A DNA stretch of 64,000 nucleotides from a virus. The notes under the pieces are model-generated. The model was not told where the DNA came from and ran no database searches. It saw nothing but the letters and a program-made list of their open reading frames with translations. This document shows positions 35,827-44,128 of the stretch, piece by piece. How positions within the stretch are numbered: the first letter of the stretch is position 1; each line of letters opens with the position of its first letter. Made by a program: the position numbers and the translations under genes. The stretch lies in the IMG/VR virus record IMGVR_UViG_3300027881_000010, positions 1 to 64,000 of that record; one strand, given 5' to 3'.

Positions 35827-36121
35827 CACCCGGTGGCCGTGAATCATCGTCGGCGTCCGCTGGTTGCTCGGCTTCCTTGAATTGCTCAAGGTATTCATCA
35901 CTCACCTCTCCGAGTAGCGTGAAATGTTTCAGTCTGACGGTGTGCCCGGTCTGCTGTCTGATCGCTTCAGCGAAGGGAACCATCTGCTGTATCCGCGTCA
36001 GGTCGGCCGCAACCAGCGGCATCATCGTATCGCTGCCGACCAGTTCCACAGCGACGACACCCTCGTCGCCTTCTTCATCGGTGGCGACAAAAGCGAATAG
36101 CTCGTCGACTAAATATCCCAT
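35765..36121 (-). CDS. hypothetical protein
   Basis: 118 aa with an acidic/Pro-rich C-terminus. Confidence 0.5.
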   Translation of the reverse strand: MGYLVDELFAFVATDEEGDEGVVAVELVGSDTMMPLVAADLTRIQQMVPFAEAIRQQTGHTVRLKHFTLLGEVSDEYLEQFKEAEQPADADDDSRPPGDDQPPPDDSRKGNGSGENMA

Positions 36122-36336
36122 GCCGCCTTAATCTCCTTGATCAATTGTTCGGACTCTTCTCGTGTGATGCGCAGTTCGTAATCGCGCCACTGATTAGCGA
36201 TTGCGATGACCAGATGATGGCCTGTGAGCGTGTGACGCAAGTCGTCCTCGGCTTCCGTTATCCAGGCAGCCGGCGGGCGGTACTCTTCGGCGCTCTGCTG
36301 GCGGCTTGCTATAGGTCGGATAAGCAGTTCCATCAT
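36109..36336 (-). CDS. hypothetical protein
   Basis: GGAGGTAATGATG: start at 36336, overlapping the upstream TAA. 75 aa. Confidence 0.5.
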   Translation of the reverse strand: MMELLIRPIASRQQSAEEYRPPAAWITEAEDDLRHTLTGHHLVIAIANQWRDYELRITREESEQLIKEIKAAWDI

Positions 36337-36641
36337 TACCTCCGGTTCAGGACCTGCTGGCCCTCGTATGTCAGCGAGTACTGGATCCAGTTCATGCATG
36401 CGACCTGGTTGCCTTTGCCGACTGGCTGATCGATGAGCGCCCGACGAACCAACTGCTTTATCCAGGCTGCAGGGATTTTCTGGCAGTAGCAGTTCTTGGT
36501 TATGAGTGCACCGGGCCCACCTGGTTTGACGGTGAATAGCATGGTCCCTGGTTTCGACAGTGTCGCGAGCACTGACACCAGCAGCGGGTCCAGTTGTTTC
36601 TCCGGCCCGACATCGATGGGACCTGGAGTCGGGTCAGCCAT
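36336..36641 (-). CDS. hypothetical protein (possible DNA-binding)
   Basis: 101 aa. 8-nt overlap with the upstream gene. Confidence 0.5.
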   Translation of the reverse strand: MADPTPGPIDVGPEKQLDPLLVSVLATLSKPGTMLFTVKPGGPGALITKNCYCQKIPAAWIKQLVRRALIDQPVGKGNQVACMNWIQYSLTYEGQQVLNRR

Positions 36642-36810
36642 TGGCGATCAACTCCTCACACAAAGCCATCGCTTCGCGCCTTACAAAATCGCGAAGCGCG
36701 ACCGGACACGCGGGATCAATTGCGTATGTCCATTCATTATCGTCATGCCAGACCGCACAAAATTGTCTCCAGTAATCATTGCCCGTTGTTTTAGAAGGGG
36801 ATGTCGTCAT
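36634..36810 (-). CDS. small hypothetical protein
   Basis: Start at [14 protein letters not shown], inside the last codons of ssb. 58 aa. Confidence 0.4.
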   Translation of the reverse strand: MTTSPSKTTGNDYWRQFCAVWHDDNEWTYAIDPACPVALRDFVRREAMALCEELIANG

Positions 36811-37297
36811 CGAAGTCTTCCTCACCTGGACCAGGATCATTGGGGTCACCCGTCGGGGCCGGAGCCGCAGACCCGGCATCCGCTGGCGGTGGCTTCTTGG
36901 TCCCCGCAGACGGGGCACTCGAATCTCCCCTGTCGGCGGGATGCGGAGGGCGCGCGCCATCTCCCTTGCGATCAAGGAAACTGAATCGCATGACCCGGAT
37001 CTCTGTCGAGTATCGGGTGATACCTTCCTTGTCGTCGTACTTGTTGGTCCGAAGCTCGCCCTCGATGTAGACCTGGGCCCCCTTCTTCAGGTACTCGGCG
37101 ATGGTGTCGGCGTTCTTGCCGAAGGCCACGCAGCGGTGCCACTCGGTGTGTTCTTTCTGTTCGCCGGACTGCTTGTCTTTCCACCGGGCGGTGGTCGCCA
37201 CGCTGAAGTTAGCCGCAGCCTCGCCGCTTGGCATGTAGCGGACATCCGGGTCGTTGCCCAGGTATCCGATGATCATTGCTTTGTTCAGACTACCCAT
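36791..37297 (-). CDS. ssb: single-stranded DNA-binding protein
   Basis: [34 protein letters not shown].......[11 protein letters not shown]......[17 protein letters not shown], a Gly/Pro-rich linker and the acidic tail DDDIPF. Confidence 0.95.
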   Translation of the reverse strand: MGSLNKAMIIGYLGNDPDVRYMPSGEAAANFSVATTARWKDKQSGEQKEHTEWHRCVAFGKNADTIAEYLKKGAQVYIEGELRTNKYDDKEGITRYSTEIRVMRFSFLDRKGDGARPPHPADRGDSSAPSAGTKKPPPADAGSAAPAPTGDPNDPGPGEEDFDDDIPF

Positions 37298-37688
37298 CGT
37301 TGTTTGACTCCTCCGGAAACGGAATATCTATTTTCGCCATCTCTTCATTGATGCCGGCATGGAATAGGTGTAGCTCGTGGTCGCCGGCTGGCGTCGGCAC
37401 CCTGGCGCTCGAGACGTACCGAAGATCGCCATCCATCATTGGAAAGTCTTCGCCCGTGTTGACCATGACAAATTCGTGGGTCTCTTCCTGCTCGGTCTCG
37501 ATGATCAGGCACCACACAAAGACGGCGACCTTCGTTGTCTGCTGGCCTTTCGACATGACGATGTTGGAGTCTTTGAATACCTGCGCATCGAACTCCAGAC
37601 AGTCGACCAGGTGACCCTTCACCCGGATGGCGAAGTGCTTGGAGTTCGGTACCGGCACCTTCAGTACCCGGAGCGCGCCATCGCTCAC
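37290..37688 (-). CDS. hypothetical protein
   Basis: 132 aa. Overlaps both neighbours (8 nt and 4 nt). Confidence 0.55.
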   Translation of the reverse strand: MSDGALRVLKVPVPNSKHFAIRVKGHLVDCLEFDAQVFKDSNIVMSKGQQTTKVAVFVWCLIIETEQEETHEFVMVNTGEDFPMMDGDLRYVSSARVPTPAGDHELHLFHAGINEEMAKIDIPFPEESNNDG

Positions 37689-38404
37689 CTGACTGACAGC
37701 CTGGTCTCGCCTTTGACCTCGATCCCGTGCTGGTCGACGATGTCGGCGTCCGGATGTTTTTCGTGCCAGTCACGGGCCAGCGCATTCAATCTTGACTTCG
37801 GGAATTCCACCAGACTCTCGGGCAGTTCGCCGTTAGCGATGCCCAGACAGGCGAGCCGGATGTTGACGACCTCCGCAGTCCAGACCTTGGTAGCTACGCT
37901 TGCCGCGCCTGTCAGTTCGCCTCGGCCGATGGCCGGCTTGGCCTCAGGCTCGGGAATCTCCGATGCCATATTGAGGATCGCCTCCGAGGTTGCGGCATCG
38001 CCGGACTCCTCGGCCTCCTCGGCGGCAGCGAGAGCCGCTTCCTCCTGTTCCTTTCGTTGTTGTTCTTGTAGCTCTCGCTGCCTTTTCTCTTCGACGTTGT
38101 GCCAGATCGTCATCTTTCCTTTGACCTGGTCGTCGGCCATCTCGAGGATGTCGCGTACCTTTTTGAATTCGGCATTGATAGAGCGCACCCGTTTGCCGTA
38201 CGGATCCACAAGGTCCTTGCGCTGGTCTTCGAGTCGCTTCTTAATTCCGGACACGACCTTGCGGAAGTCGGTTCCGTTCTCGTATTGTTTTCGCTCTGTG
38301 ATTTCTGCCCTGCCGGCTTGCTCGAGCAGGTCATTCGCTTTGGTCGTCAGGTCGGTGATCGTCACCGCCAGGGAGGCTGTCGACACAATCAATTCTTGGC
38401 TCAT
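37685..38404 (-). CDS. coiled-coil protein of the recombination module
   Basis: 239 aa with a central E/Q/K/R/A helix. GAGGA lies 9 nt upstream of the start. Confidence 0.55.
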   Translation of the reverse strand: MSQELIVSTASLAVTITDLTTKANDLLEQAGRAEITERKQYENGTDFRKVVSGIKKRLEDQRKDLVDPYGKRVRSINAEFKKVRDILEMADDQVKGKMTIWHNVEEKRQRELQEQQRKEQEEAALAAAEEAEESGDAATSEAILNMASEIPEPEAKPAIGRGELTGAASVATKVWTAEVVNIRLACLGIANGELPESLVEFPKSRLNALARDWHEKHPDADIVDQHGIEVKGETRLSVR

Positions 38405-38523
38405 TTTTATAATTCCTCATTCGATATTTCCAATGGACATAGGCCTCCGTGTTCTGAGCTTCCGTGTCGATTTTCCTTGCGTGGAATGCCGCTCCCTGCG
38501 CGATAGTCATCGGCCTGAGATTC

Positions 38524-39222
38524 TTAAAATAGCTGAGGGACTCCCTCTGCGTTTTGGACGACGGCGTGCTTGAACCTGGTCCCTGCTTTGAGATGCTCAT
38601 AGAACTCCCCAGCCTTCGATCTGAACCTGTCGACCCACTCGTCATTGCGTTGCTGCAGTTGCTGGAACAGCACATCCTTTTTCACCGGGTGCCGCGGGTC
38701 ATAGCTCACGAAGATCAGCATGTCCGTTTCCGGTGTGCATTCCAGTTGCAACTGCGTCTGGTCGACATGCCACTTGCCCATGCCGTACCGAACTGTCTTG
38801 GCATGGTTGCCTTCTTTACCGGGGCATTTTATCTCACCGCACCAGTTGTTGGTGGTGTCTATGAAATCCTGTGAGACGCCGAAGCATGGCCACCTCGGAT
38901 GTTCTTTGAAACCAGGCGAGTAAACGATGTCGGAGTTGTTCACCATCTGGTAGGTCTTCGCAGCGTCAAGCTCATGAGCGGAACCCCAGCGCATGTACTC
39001 GTTGGCATCGGCCTGCTCTTTTTCGAACTGGTCTGCGATCTGCTGTGTCGACCAAGTAAGCTCGTCGGCGAGCTCGTCCAGCAGGCGGTTCAGTGTATGC
39101 GGGTTGCCGGTGTTCGACATGAATGTGCCGATCCGCTGCGACCCGGTGATGTGACCCATGCGTTCGGCGAACCAGTCGACGGTGCGTTGCTTGTCTTCAA
39201 GCGCTCCGAATTTCTTAGCCAT
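38524..39222 (-). CDS. YqaJ/lambda-Exo-like PD-(D/E)XK recombination exonuclease
   Basis: Start at MAKKFGALEDKQRTVDWF (M48 of the listed ORF). Carries HITGSQRIG, ..GEIKCPG.., and an RWG..HE motif. Sits next to recT. Confidence 0.75.
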   Translation of the reverse strand: MAKKFGALEDKQRTVDWFAERMGHITGSQRIGTFMSNTGNPHTLNRLLDELADELTWSTQQIADQFEKEQADANEYMRWGSAHELDAAKTYQMVNNSDIVYSPGFKEHPRWPCFGVSQDFIDTTNNWCGEIKCPGKEGNHAKTVRYGMGKWHVDQTQLQLECTPETDMLIFVSYDPRHPVKKDVLFQQLQQRNDEWVDRFRSKAGEFYEHLKAGTRFKHAVVQNAEGVPQLF

Positions 39223-39520
39223 GCTTATCTCTCCGGTGTTGGTCGGGAAGTTCCGATGCCAAAACATAGACTCGCCCGTTTGGATAATTCGGATGTCGGA
39301 ATCCTGTGATCTTGCCATCCCTGTACAGCTTGCAAATAGACTCAGGGGAGAAGCTCTCGCCATGTTTCGCGCACAGATCGCACGCTGCTTCCGTTGTGAT
39401 GTATCCTGGCGGCGGCTCGTATGCCGGCCTGCGCCCTAGCTCGCATATCTGCGCTGCTAGTTCAGTTTTGTGCAGATGCTCTTTCTCGCACTGCCAACGC
39501 ATAATCGCTATTGGTTTCAT
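39215..39520 (-). CDS. small HTH (excisionase/AlpA-like) DNA-binding protein candidate
   Basis: ITTEAACDLCAKHGESFSPESICKLYRDGKITGFR...GRVYV resembles MerR/AlpA-type HTH proteins. Confidence 0.4.
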   Translation of the reverse strand: MKPIAIMRWQCEKEHLHKTELAAQICELGRRPAYEPPPGYITTEAACDLCAKHGESFSPESICKLYRDGKITGFRHPNYPNGRVYVLASELPDQHRRDKHG

Positions 39521-40599
39521 GATGTTGACCCAACATCTCGTTTACCCATGAGCGCGGCCTTCGATTCGTACGTGGATGCGATGTCGGTGAGTTCCTTCAG
39601 GGTGAGGCCGTAGTCACTGGCGAACACGTGGGTGCCTGACTCAGCCGTCTTCAGATCGTAGTGAGCCACGGCCTGCAGCAGCAGGTCATGGCATTCCTTG
39701 AACCTAGTAATCGGAAGCTCTTCCATCACCCGGCATTCGAATTTTTCATAGACCCTGGCCACTCGCATGTGAGCGCGCTTGCACAGCACGCGCAGTTGAT
39801 TGGCCTGCTCTTTGGTAACCAGTTCGACCGACTCACCGACGATCGCCTCCGGCTCGTCCGGGTCCTTGTATTGCTCCGCCACATTGGACAGATGGATGGC
39901 GCGGTCCAGTCGCTCGTTGCCGCCTGGCCACTGCTTGCGGCCGCGCTTGATGGCGGTCTTGACGCACATCTCCTGGAAGTCGGTGACCCACGGGCCGCTC
40001 GGTTTTTTGCTCTTGTCCCGCGGGTTGAAAGCTTCGGACTTGTCCCTGGCTTTCTCGATGTCATCGATCGGCATCCAGGTTACATGGGGAACTGGCGCAT
40101 GCTTCACATACGCGATGCAGTAGGCGCCGATAATCTCGCCCATATCCTCGAGCTTCTGCAGCGGATCCGTGTTGTGGATCACCTGCGGGTTGGTGCCGCG
40201 GGTCAGCTTGAAATTGCCGAGCCGCTCCTCCTCCTCGTAGACGGCCGCAGCCTGGACCAGGGTGACGAGGCCGCCGTCTGTCGCGAGCTTGATCAGTCCT
40301 CGGTAGCCCGGATCGAAGCAGCAGATCACATGGTTACCTTGCCTTCGGGGGATAAGGAAGCCGTGCTGCAGCACCGGGTTCAACGAGAGGCCGATAGCCG
40401 CGACATTTACGACGGCGTCCTCTATGGTCTGGGGAATGCAACGCTGCATGTAGGGGCTACGTCGCATGATCTGGAGGGCATATCCGGCCTCCTCCTGGTA
40501 GCGGACCAGGTTGCCCATCGGCTGGGCGATCTTCTCGAATTGGGGTTGGATATGGGCGATGGCCTGCTCGACCACCACCATGGGATTCTGCTGGGCCAT
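39517..40599 (-). CDS. recT: RecT-family single-strand annealing protein
   Basis: Start at MAQQNPM (AAGGAG lies 7 nt upstream). VVNVAAIGLSLNPVLQHGFLIPR....CCFDPGYRGLIKLA matches the RecT core. Confidence 0.85.
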   Translation of the reverse strand: MAQQNPMVVVEQAIAHIQPQFEKIAQPMGNLVRYQEEAGYALQIMRRSPYMQRCIPQTIEDAVVNVAAIGLSLNPVLQHGFLIPRRQGNHVICCFDPGYRGLIKLATDGGLVTLVQAAAVYEEEERLGNFKLTRGTNPQVIHNTDPLQKLEDMGEIIGAYCIAYVKHAPVPHVTWMPIDDIEKARDKSEAFNPRDKSKKPSGPWVTDFQEMCVKTAIKRGRKQWPGGNERLDRAIHLSNVAEQYKDPDEPEAIVGESVELVTKEQANQLRVLCKRAHMRVARVYEKFECRVMEELPITRFKECHDLLLQAVAHYDLKTAESGTHVFASDYGLTLKELTDIASTYESKAALMGKRDVGSTS

Positions 40600-40660
40600 G
40601 GTATCGCTCCTTGTTATTGTCACCCTCACAGCAAAGATACAGCACAGCACTGCTTACGGC
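40600..40660 (-). promoter_or_regulatory. conserved leader / promoter-like element upstream of recT
   Basis: Leftward reading: CTGTGCTGTA..TGTGAGGGTGACAATAACAAGGAGCGATACCATG. Blocks are shared with the region upstream of 49382. Confidence 0.35.
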
Positions 40661-40705
40661 AACAGCGGTTTGATCGGCGGAGAGGTAGCAGATAGAATGA
40701 TTTTC

Positions 40706-40716
40706 TGAGGGTAACA
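40706..40716 (+). promoter_or_regulatory. TGAGGGTAACA motif copy B
   Basis: Exact 11-mer 23 nt upstream of the GTG start at 40739. Same 11-mer, inverted, at 34690-34700 and 44960-44970. Confidence 0.35.
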
Positions 40717-40738
40717 GAACAATAAAATTGGGCGATCA

Positions 40739-41509
40739 GTGGCGAATAATTATCCGTATTTTCCCTTCTACGTTTCCGACTTCGACGGGGATACCAGGCA
40801 CATGTCGGTCGAGTCGATCGGCATCTACATCCGCCTGCTGATCTACCAGTGGACCAACGGAAAGATTCCGAGCAGCGAGGCGATGATGGTCAGGATCGCT
40901 GGCTGCGGCCACGACCAGTTCATGGAGTGCTGGAACAACGAGATAGGCACATGCTTCGAGTCATTCAATAGCGGTGACGCCGGCCCCGCGTATCGAAACA
41001 AGCGGCTCAAAATCGAGCGCGACAAAGTGCTGGCGGCCACCGAGCAACGTCGCCAGGCCGGCAAAAAGTCGGGCGAGTCACGTAGAAAATCCTCCAAGAA
41101 ACAACCACATCGAACGGGCGTTCCTTTCCCGTTCGAACGGGAGAGCAACGAGACGGCAACGATCCAGAGCCATAACCATAACCAGAGTAAAGACAAACCA
41201 ACAAGTCGATTCGAAGAATTCTGGCAGGCCTACCCGAAGAAGGTGGGCAAGAAACCTTGTGCCACAAAATGGAAAGCGAGACGATTGGACCGCCTCGCTG
41301 ATCAGATAATCCAGAACGTCAGCGATCGCATCGAAGGCGATGCCCAGTGGCTCCGGGGATTCGTGCCAAACCCGCTGACGTTCATCAACCAAGATCGATG
41401 GGACGATCCCATCCAAGAGGAAACCGCTGGTGAAAAAACTCAGCGATCTCGTACCGAAACATTTGACGACATCCACGCCCGGAATCGAGAGAAAGCCGGA
41501 CTCGACTAG
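40739..41509 (+). CDS. DUF1376 (YdaU-like) replication-module protein
   Basis: GTG start. NYPYFPFYVSDFDGDTRHMSVESIGIYIRLLIYQWTNGKIP matches the DUF1376 N-terminal signature. Basic middle region. Confidence 0.7.
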   Translation: MANNYPYFPFYVSDFDGDTRHMSVESIGIYIRLLIYQWTNGKIPSSEAMMVRIAGCGHDQFMECWNNEIGTCFESFNSGDAGPAYRNKRLKIERDKVLAATEQRRQAGKKSGESRRKSSKKQPHRTGVPFPFERESNETATIQSHNHNQSKDKPTSRFEEFWQAYPKKVGKKPCATKWKARRLDRLADQIIQNVSDRIEGDAQWLRGFVPNPLTFINQDRWDDPIQEETAGEKTQRSRTETFDDIHARNREKAGLD

Positions 41510-41513
41510 GGCG

Positions 41514-41834
41514 ATGCTGGTGTGGGTCCAGTTGGCTGAGGTCTACGGCAAGGCGCTCTACCGGGAGCATGGCTCAGAGCCACCGATGCTCTGGAAGCAG
41601 GCTATTGAGCGGCTCGCTGACGAGGAGATTCAGCGTGGACTGATCAACCTGGCGGAAGAGGCGCTGGCATATCCGGCCAACCTCGGCCAGTTCGTGGAGG
41701 CCTGCAAGTATATTCCTGAGGGCCGTCCGTGGCTGAACCCGGCGAAGCAGATCGAGGACAACAGACCAACCGGCACGATGTCATACGCCGAATGGAGACG
41801 ACAGAATGGAATCCCAGAACCAACAACAGATTGA
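41514..41834 (+). CDS. lambda P-like replication protein (N-terminal-domain-like)
   Basis: ..LWKQAIERLADEEIQRGLINLAEEALAYPANLGQFVEACK parallels lambda P ..W..AF.ENGI....V..G.......PFLPSPGQFVAWCR. An alternative start at 41430 is possible. Confidence 0.45.
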   Translation: MLVWVQLAEVYGKALYREHGSEPPMLWKQAIERLADEEIQRGLINLAEEALAYPANLGQFVEACKYIPEGRPWLNPAKQIEDNRPTGTMSYAEWRRQNGIPEPTTD

Positions 41835-42549
41835 GCCTCGCAAAGAGACGCTACCGATTATCGCCTACAAGGGCGGGTTCGAATTGCTGGATGCGAAATG
41901 GGATCTCACCAACGGCCGCACCGTCAAGTTCAGGCTGATGGAAGAGCCACGCCGGCCGCTGCTGATGCATCCGTTCGCGCAGTTTGTCCGACGCCGGGGT
42001 GGCCGAGTGGGTACCAGGTTCCGCATGGTCATGACGGTAATCGGCAAGGACACGCCGATGTTCGATGGCGAACTCATGCTGATGTCCGGAGGCCAGCCGC
42101 TGGGCCAGGGATTCTGGGTGTCGTTCTGGATTGACGATGAGGCTGACCACCACCCGTTCGCCGGCTACCGCGGGCGGAAAGGCGACATACCTGGCGACAT
42201 GTATTCGGCTGCGTTTGTCGAGCTTGACGACGATGACTCAGCGATCGACCAGAGCAAGCGCGCAAGGGTCGAGGATGCACATGCGCGCGCCGGCCAGAAG
42301 CTCAGTCAGTATTGCTACCTGCTGTGCAACAACGAGATGTTTATCCTCTACCTGGAAGAGCGCGAACCGGTGGCGGAGCAAGCGCGATCGATCCACTGGT
42401 GGGGCAAGAAGAATCGCGTCGCCCGGTGGGTGCGCTGGCGGTGCAACATCGAATCAAGATCAGATCTTGACAACAACCCTGAGGCGGCTAAAATTTTCCA
42501 CGAGCAGATCCGGGAGCCGTATGCAGACTGGCGGAGTGTGAATGAATGA
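41806..42549 (+). CDS. hypothetical protein
   Basis: 247 aa. Its stop TGA (42547-49) overlaps both start codons of the next locus. Confidence 0.6.
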   Translation: MESQNQQQIEPRKETLPIIAYKGGFELLDAKWDLTNGRTVKFRLMEEPRRPLLMHPFAQFVRRRGGRVGTRFRMVMTVIGKDTPMFDGELMLMSGGQPLGQGFWVSFWIDDEADHHPFAGYRGRKGDIPGDMYSAAFVELDDDDSAIDQSKRARVEDAHARAGQKLSQYCYLLCNNEMFILYLEEREPVAEQARSIHWWGKKNRVARWVRWRCNIESRSDLDNNPEAAKIFHEQIREPYADWRSVNE

Positions 42550-44128
42550 GTTGGCATTATTTGCGGGAGCGGGGGGCGGCCTTCTCGCTTCCAGATTACT
42601 TGGATGGACTACAATCGCAGCGGTCGAGATCGAAGAGTACTGCCGCCAGGTCATCCTTACTCGTCAGGCCGAGGGACATCTCGAGCGCTTCCCGATCTGG
42701 GATGACATCACAACCTTCGACGGGCGACCTTTTCGGGGACTTGTTGACGTCCTTACCGGCGGGTTCCCCTGCCAGGACATCAGTTCAGCTGGTCGTGGAG
42801 TGGGCATTACCGGCGAGCGTAGCGGCCTGTGGTTTGAGTATCTCCGACTTATTGAGGAAATTGGGCCTCGCTTTGTCTTCGCCGAAAACGTCCCGGCGCT
42901 CCGTACCCGTGGCCTTGGCACCGTCATATCAGGACTTGCCGAACTGGGGTATGACGTACGATGGTGTGTGCTGGGAGCTTGGCACGTTGGTGCGCCCCAT
43001 CGACGCAACCGAATGTGGGTCCTCGCTGTGCGAGGGGAGGAATCATCATGTGCCGACGCCGACAGCATCGGATCACATCGAAAGAGAATCGAGCAGCACG
43101 GAGACGCTGAATTACCAGACCAACAAGTCAGTGAGCCTGGATCGATGGGCGAAGCACTGGCCGACACCCGGTGCACAGGAATCGACGCCGACGCAGGAGT
43201 TCATCGACGAGGTGAAGGAGAACCAGGGCGAGACGCACGAGCGATTGTATCTGCCGGGTCGGAAGCATCACACGCAGCGGACGCTGAGCCGAGCGGTGCA
43301 GACCTGGCCGACACCGACCTCAAGCGTGGGCAGCGGCTCGAGGAACACGCCAGGGAGCAAGGCACATCCGGGTCTGAGTCTGGACGACGCAGTCCGCGGC
43401 GACGGGGGAACGGGCAGAACCTGGCCGACTCCGAAGGCAAGCAAGAGCGGCCCCGATCTGGGACGACCGGGAAGAGCGAAGAGCGGCGGCGACGACCTGC
43501 TAACGGCGGTGACCAGGGAGGAGTTCCCGACACCGACGGCTCAGGATCACAAGGGCAGGGGCGAGGGGAGTTACGATCGGCACAAGGGGCTGGACAATCA
43601 CGTGAAGAAGTTTCCGACACCGACGGCGGGCGGCGGGGGCGGGACGAGCCGGAGCGGCGACAGGATCGACGAGGTTCCGAGTCTCGAGGGGATGGCGAGA
43701 CACAATCGATGGCCGACACCCGGAGCTCAGGATGCGAAGTGGAGGGACACCCCGCACACGGCGCAACTGCGGAAGGAGCAGGGCAATCAACTGGGCCTGC
43801 ATGCGGCGGTGATCCTCGAGGAGCAGGAAGTATTCCCGACACCGAGAGCATCGGAATGGAAGGGGACGGGTCCGCTCGGGTCGAAGAGTCACGAGTATCG
43901 ACTGGACAGGGGCTACCTGGATGCGACAGTTCAGGAGCGTGGCCAGACTACTGGGCCGTTGAACCCAACGTGGGTAGAGTGGCTAATGGGGTGGCCAACC
44001 GGGTGGACCGACTTAAAGCAATTGGGAACGGACAAGTTCCTTTGGTGGCAGCACAAGCATGGTCTATTCTGACCTCATCCCTGTCAGCCGACACGAGAAG
44101 AATCTCCGAGGACTCCGATGCGTCGTAA
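42542..44128 (+). CDS. DNA (cytosine-5) methyltransferase with a long low-complexity insert (frame A)
   Basis: Motif I LFAGAGGG, IV GGFPCQDIS, VI FAENVPAL, VIII GAPHRRNRMWVLA, then about 330 codons later EPNVGRVANGVANRVDRLKAIGNGQVP (motif X). Confidence 0.85.
   Translation: MNELALFAGAGGGLLASRLLGWTTIAAVEIEEYCRQVILTRQAEGHLERFPIWDDITTFDGRPFRGLVDVLTGGFPCQDISSAGRGVGITGERSGLWFEYLRLIEEIGPRFVFAENVPALRTRGLGTVISGLAELGYDVRWCVLGAWHVGAPHRRNRMWVLAVRGEESSCADADSIGSHRKRIEQHGDAELPDQQVSEPGSMGEALADTRCTGIDADAGVHRRGEGEPGRDARAIVSAGSEASHAADAEPSGADLADTDLKRGQRLEEHAREQGTSGSESGRRSPRRRGNGQNLADSEGKQERPRSGTTGKSEERRRRPANGGDQGGVPDTDGSGSQGQGRGELRSAQGAGQSREEVSDTDGGRRGRDEPERRQDRRGSESRGDGETQSMADTRSSGCEVEGHPAHGATAEGAGQSTGPACGGDPRGAGSIPDTESIGMEGDGSARVEESRVSTGQGLPGCDSSGAWPDYWAVEPNVGRVANGVANRVDRLKAIGNGQVPLVAAQAWSILTSSLSADTRRISEDSDAS
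42546..44072 (+). CDS. fully overlapping alternate-frame ORF (frame B): [WF]PTP-repeat protein ending NPTWVEWLMGWPTGWTDL
   Basis: ATG lies 4 nt after the frame-A ATG and behind the same GGAG. 508 aa with no stop. Eight [WFV]PTP[TGKR]A repeats. GC3-rich codons in the middle 800 nt. N-terminus MSWHYL.. and GSPARTS. Confidence 0.5.
   Translation: MSWHYLRERGAAFSLPDYLDGLQSQRSRSKSTAARSSLLVRPRDISSASRSGMTSQPSTGDLFGDLLTSLPAGSPARTSVQLVVEWALPASVAACGLSISDLLRKLGLALSSPKTSRRSVPVALAPSYQDLPNWGMTYDGVCWELGTLVRPIDATECGSSLCEGRNHHVPTPTASDHIERESSSTETLNYQTNKSVSLDRWAKHWPTPGAQESTPTQEFIDEVKENQGETHERLYLPGRKHHTQRTLSRAVQTWPTPTSSVGSGSRNTPGSKAHPGLSLDDAVRGDGGTGRTWPTPKASKSGPDLGRPGRAKSGGDDLLTAVTREEFPTPTAQDHKGRGEGSYDRHKGLDNHVKKFPTPTAGGGGGTSRSGDRIDEVPSLEGMARHNRWPTPGAQDAKWRDTPHTAQLRKEQGNQLGLHAAVILEEQEVFPTPRASEWKGTGPLGSKSHEYRLDRGYLDATVQERGQTTGPLNPTWVEWLMGWPTGWTDLKQLGTDKFLWWQHKHGLF
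43050..43860 (+). repeat. eight ~30-40-codon repeats with nucleotide core (c)tggccgacacc / ttcccgacaccg
   Basis: Reads as WPTP/FPTP in frame B and as LADT/VPDT/VSDT in frame A. Confidence 0.8.

Noticed and set aside
38331-38510. 59-aa minus-strand ORF (MTIAQGAAFHARKID..) in the gap between the exonuclease and the coiled-coil gene.
   Set aside because: Weak SD. It runs 74 nt into the next gene in another frame. The gap is more simply a leader carrying GAGGA-N9-ATG for 38404.
37377-38573. 398-aa plus-strand ORF (and 39661..40695, 344 aa) in the leftward recombination block.
   Set aside because: These are antisense to the coiled-coil, exonuclease and RecT genes, which have clear family motifs and coupled starts. 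The products are low-complexity, Leu/Arg/Ser-rich.
43201-43851. 216-aa and 130-aa minus-strand ORFs across the methyltransferase repeat region.
   Set aside because: The region is T-poor on the plus strand (hence A-poor on the minus strand), which suppresses stop codons. The products are Pro/Arg/Ser runs without repeat logic. They are kept as a caveat for the dual-coding finding, not as genes.
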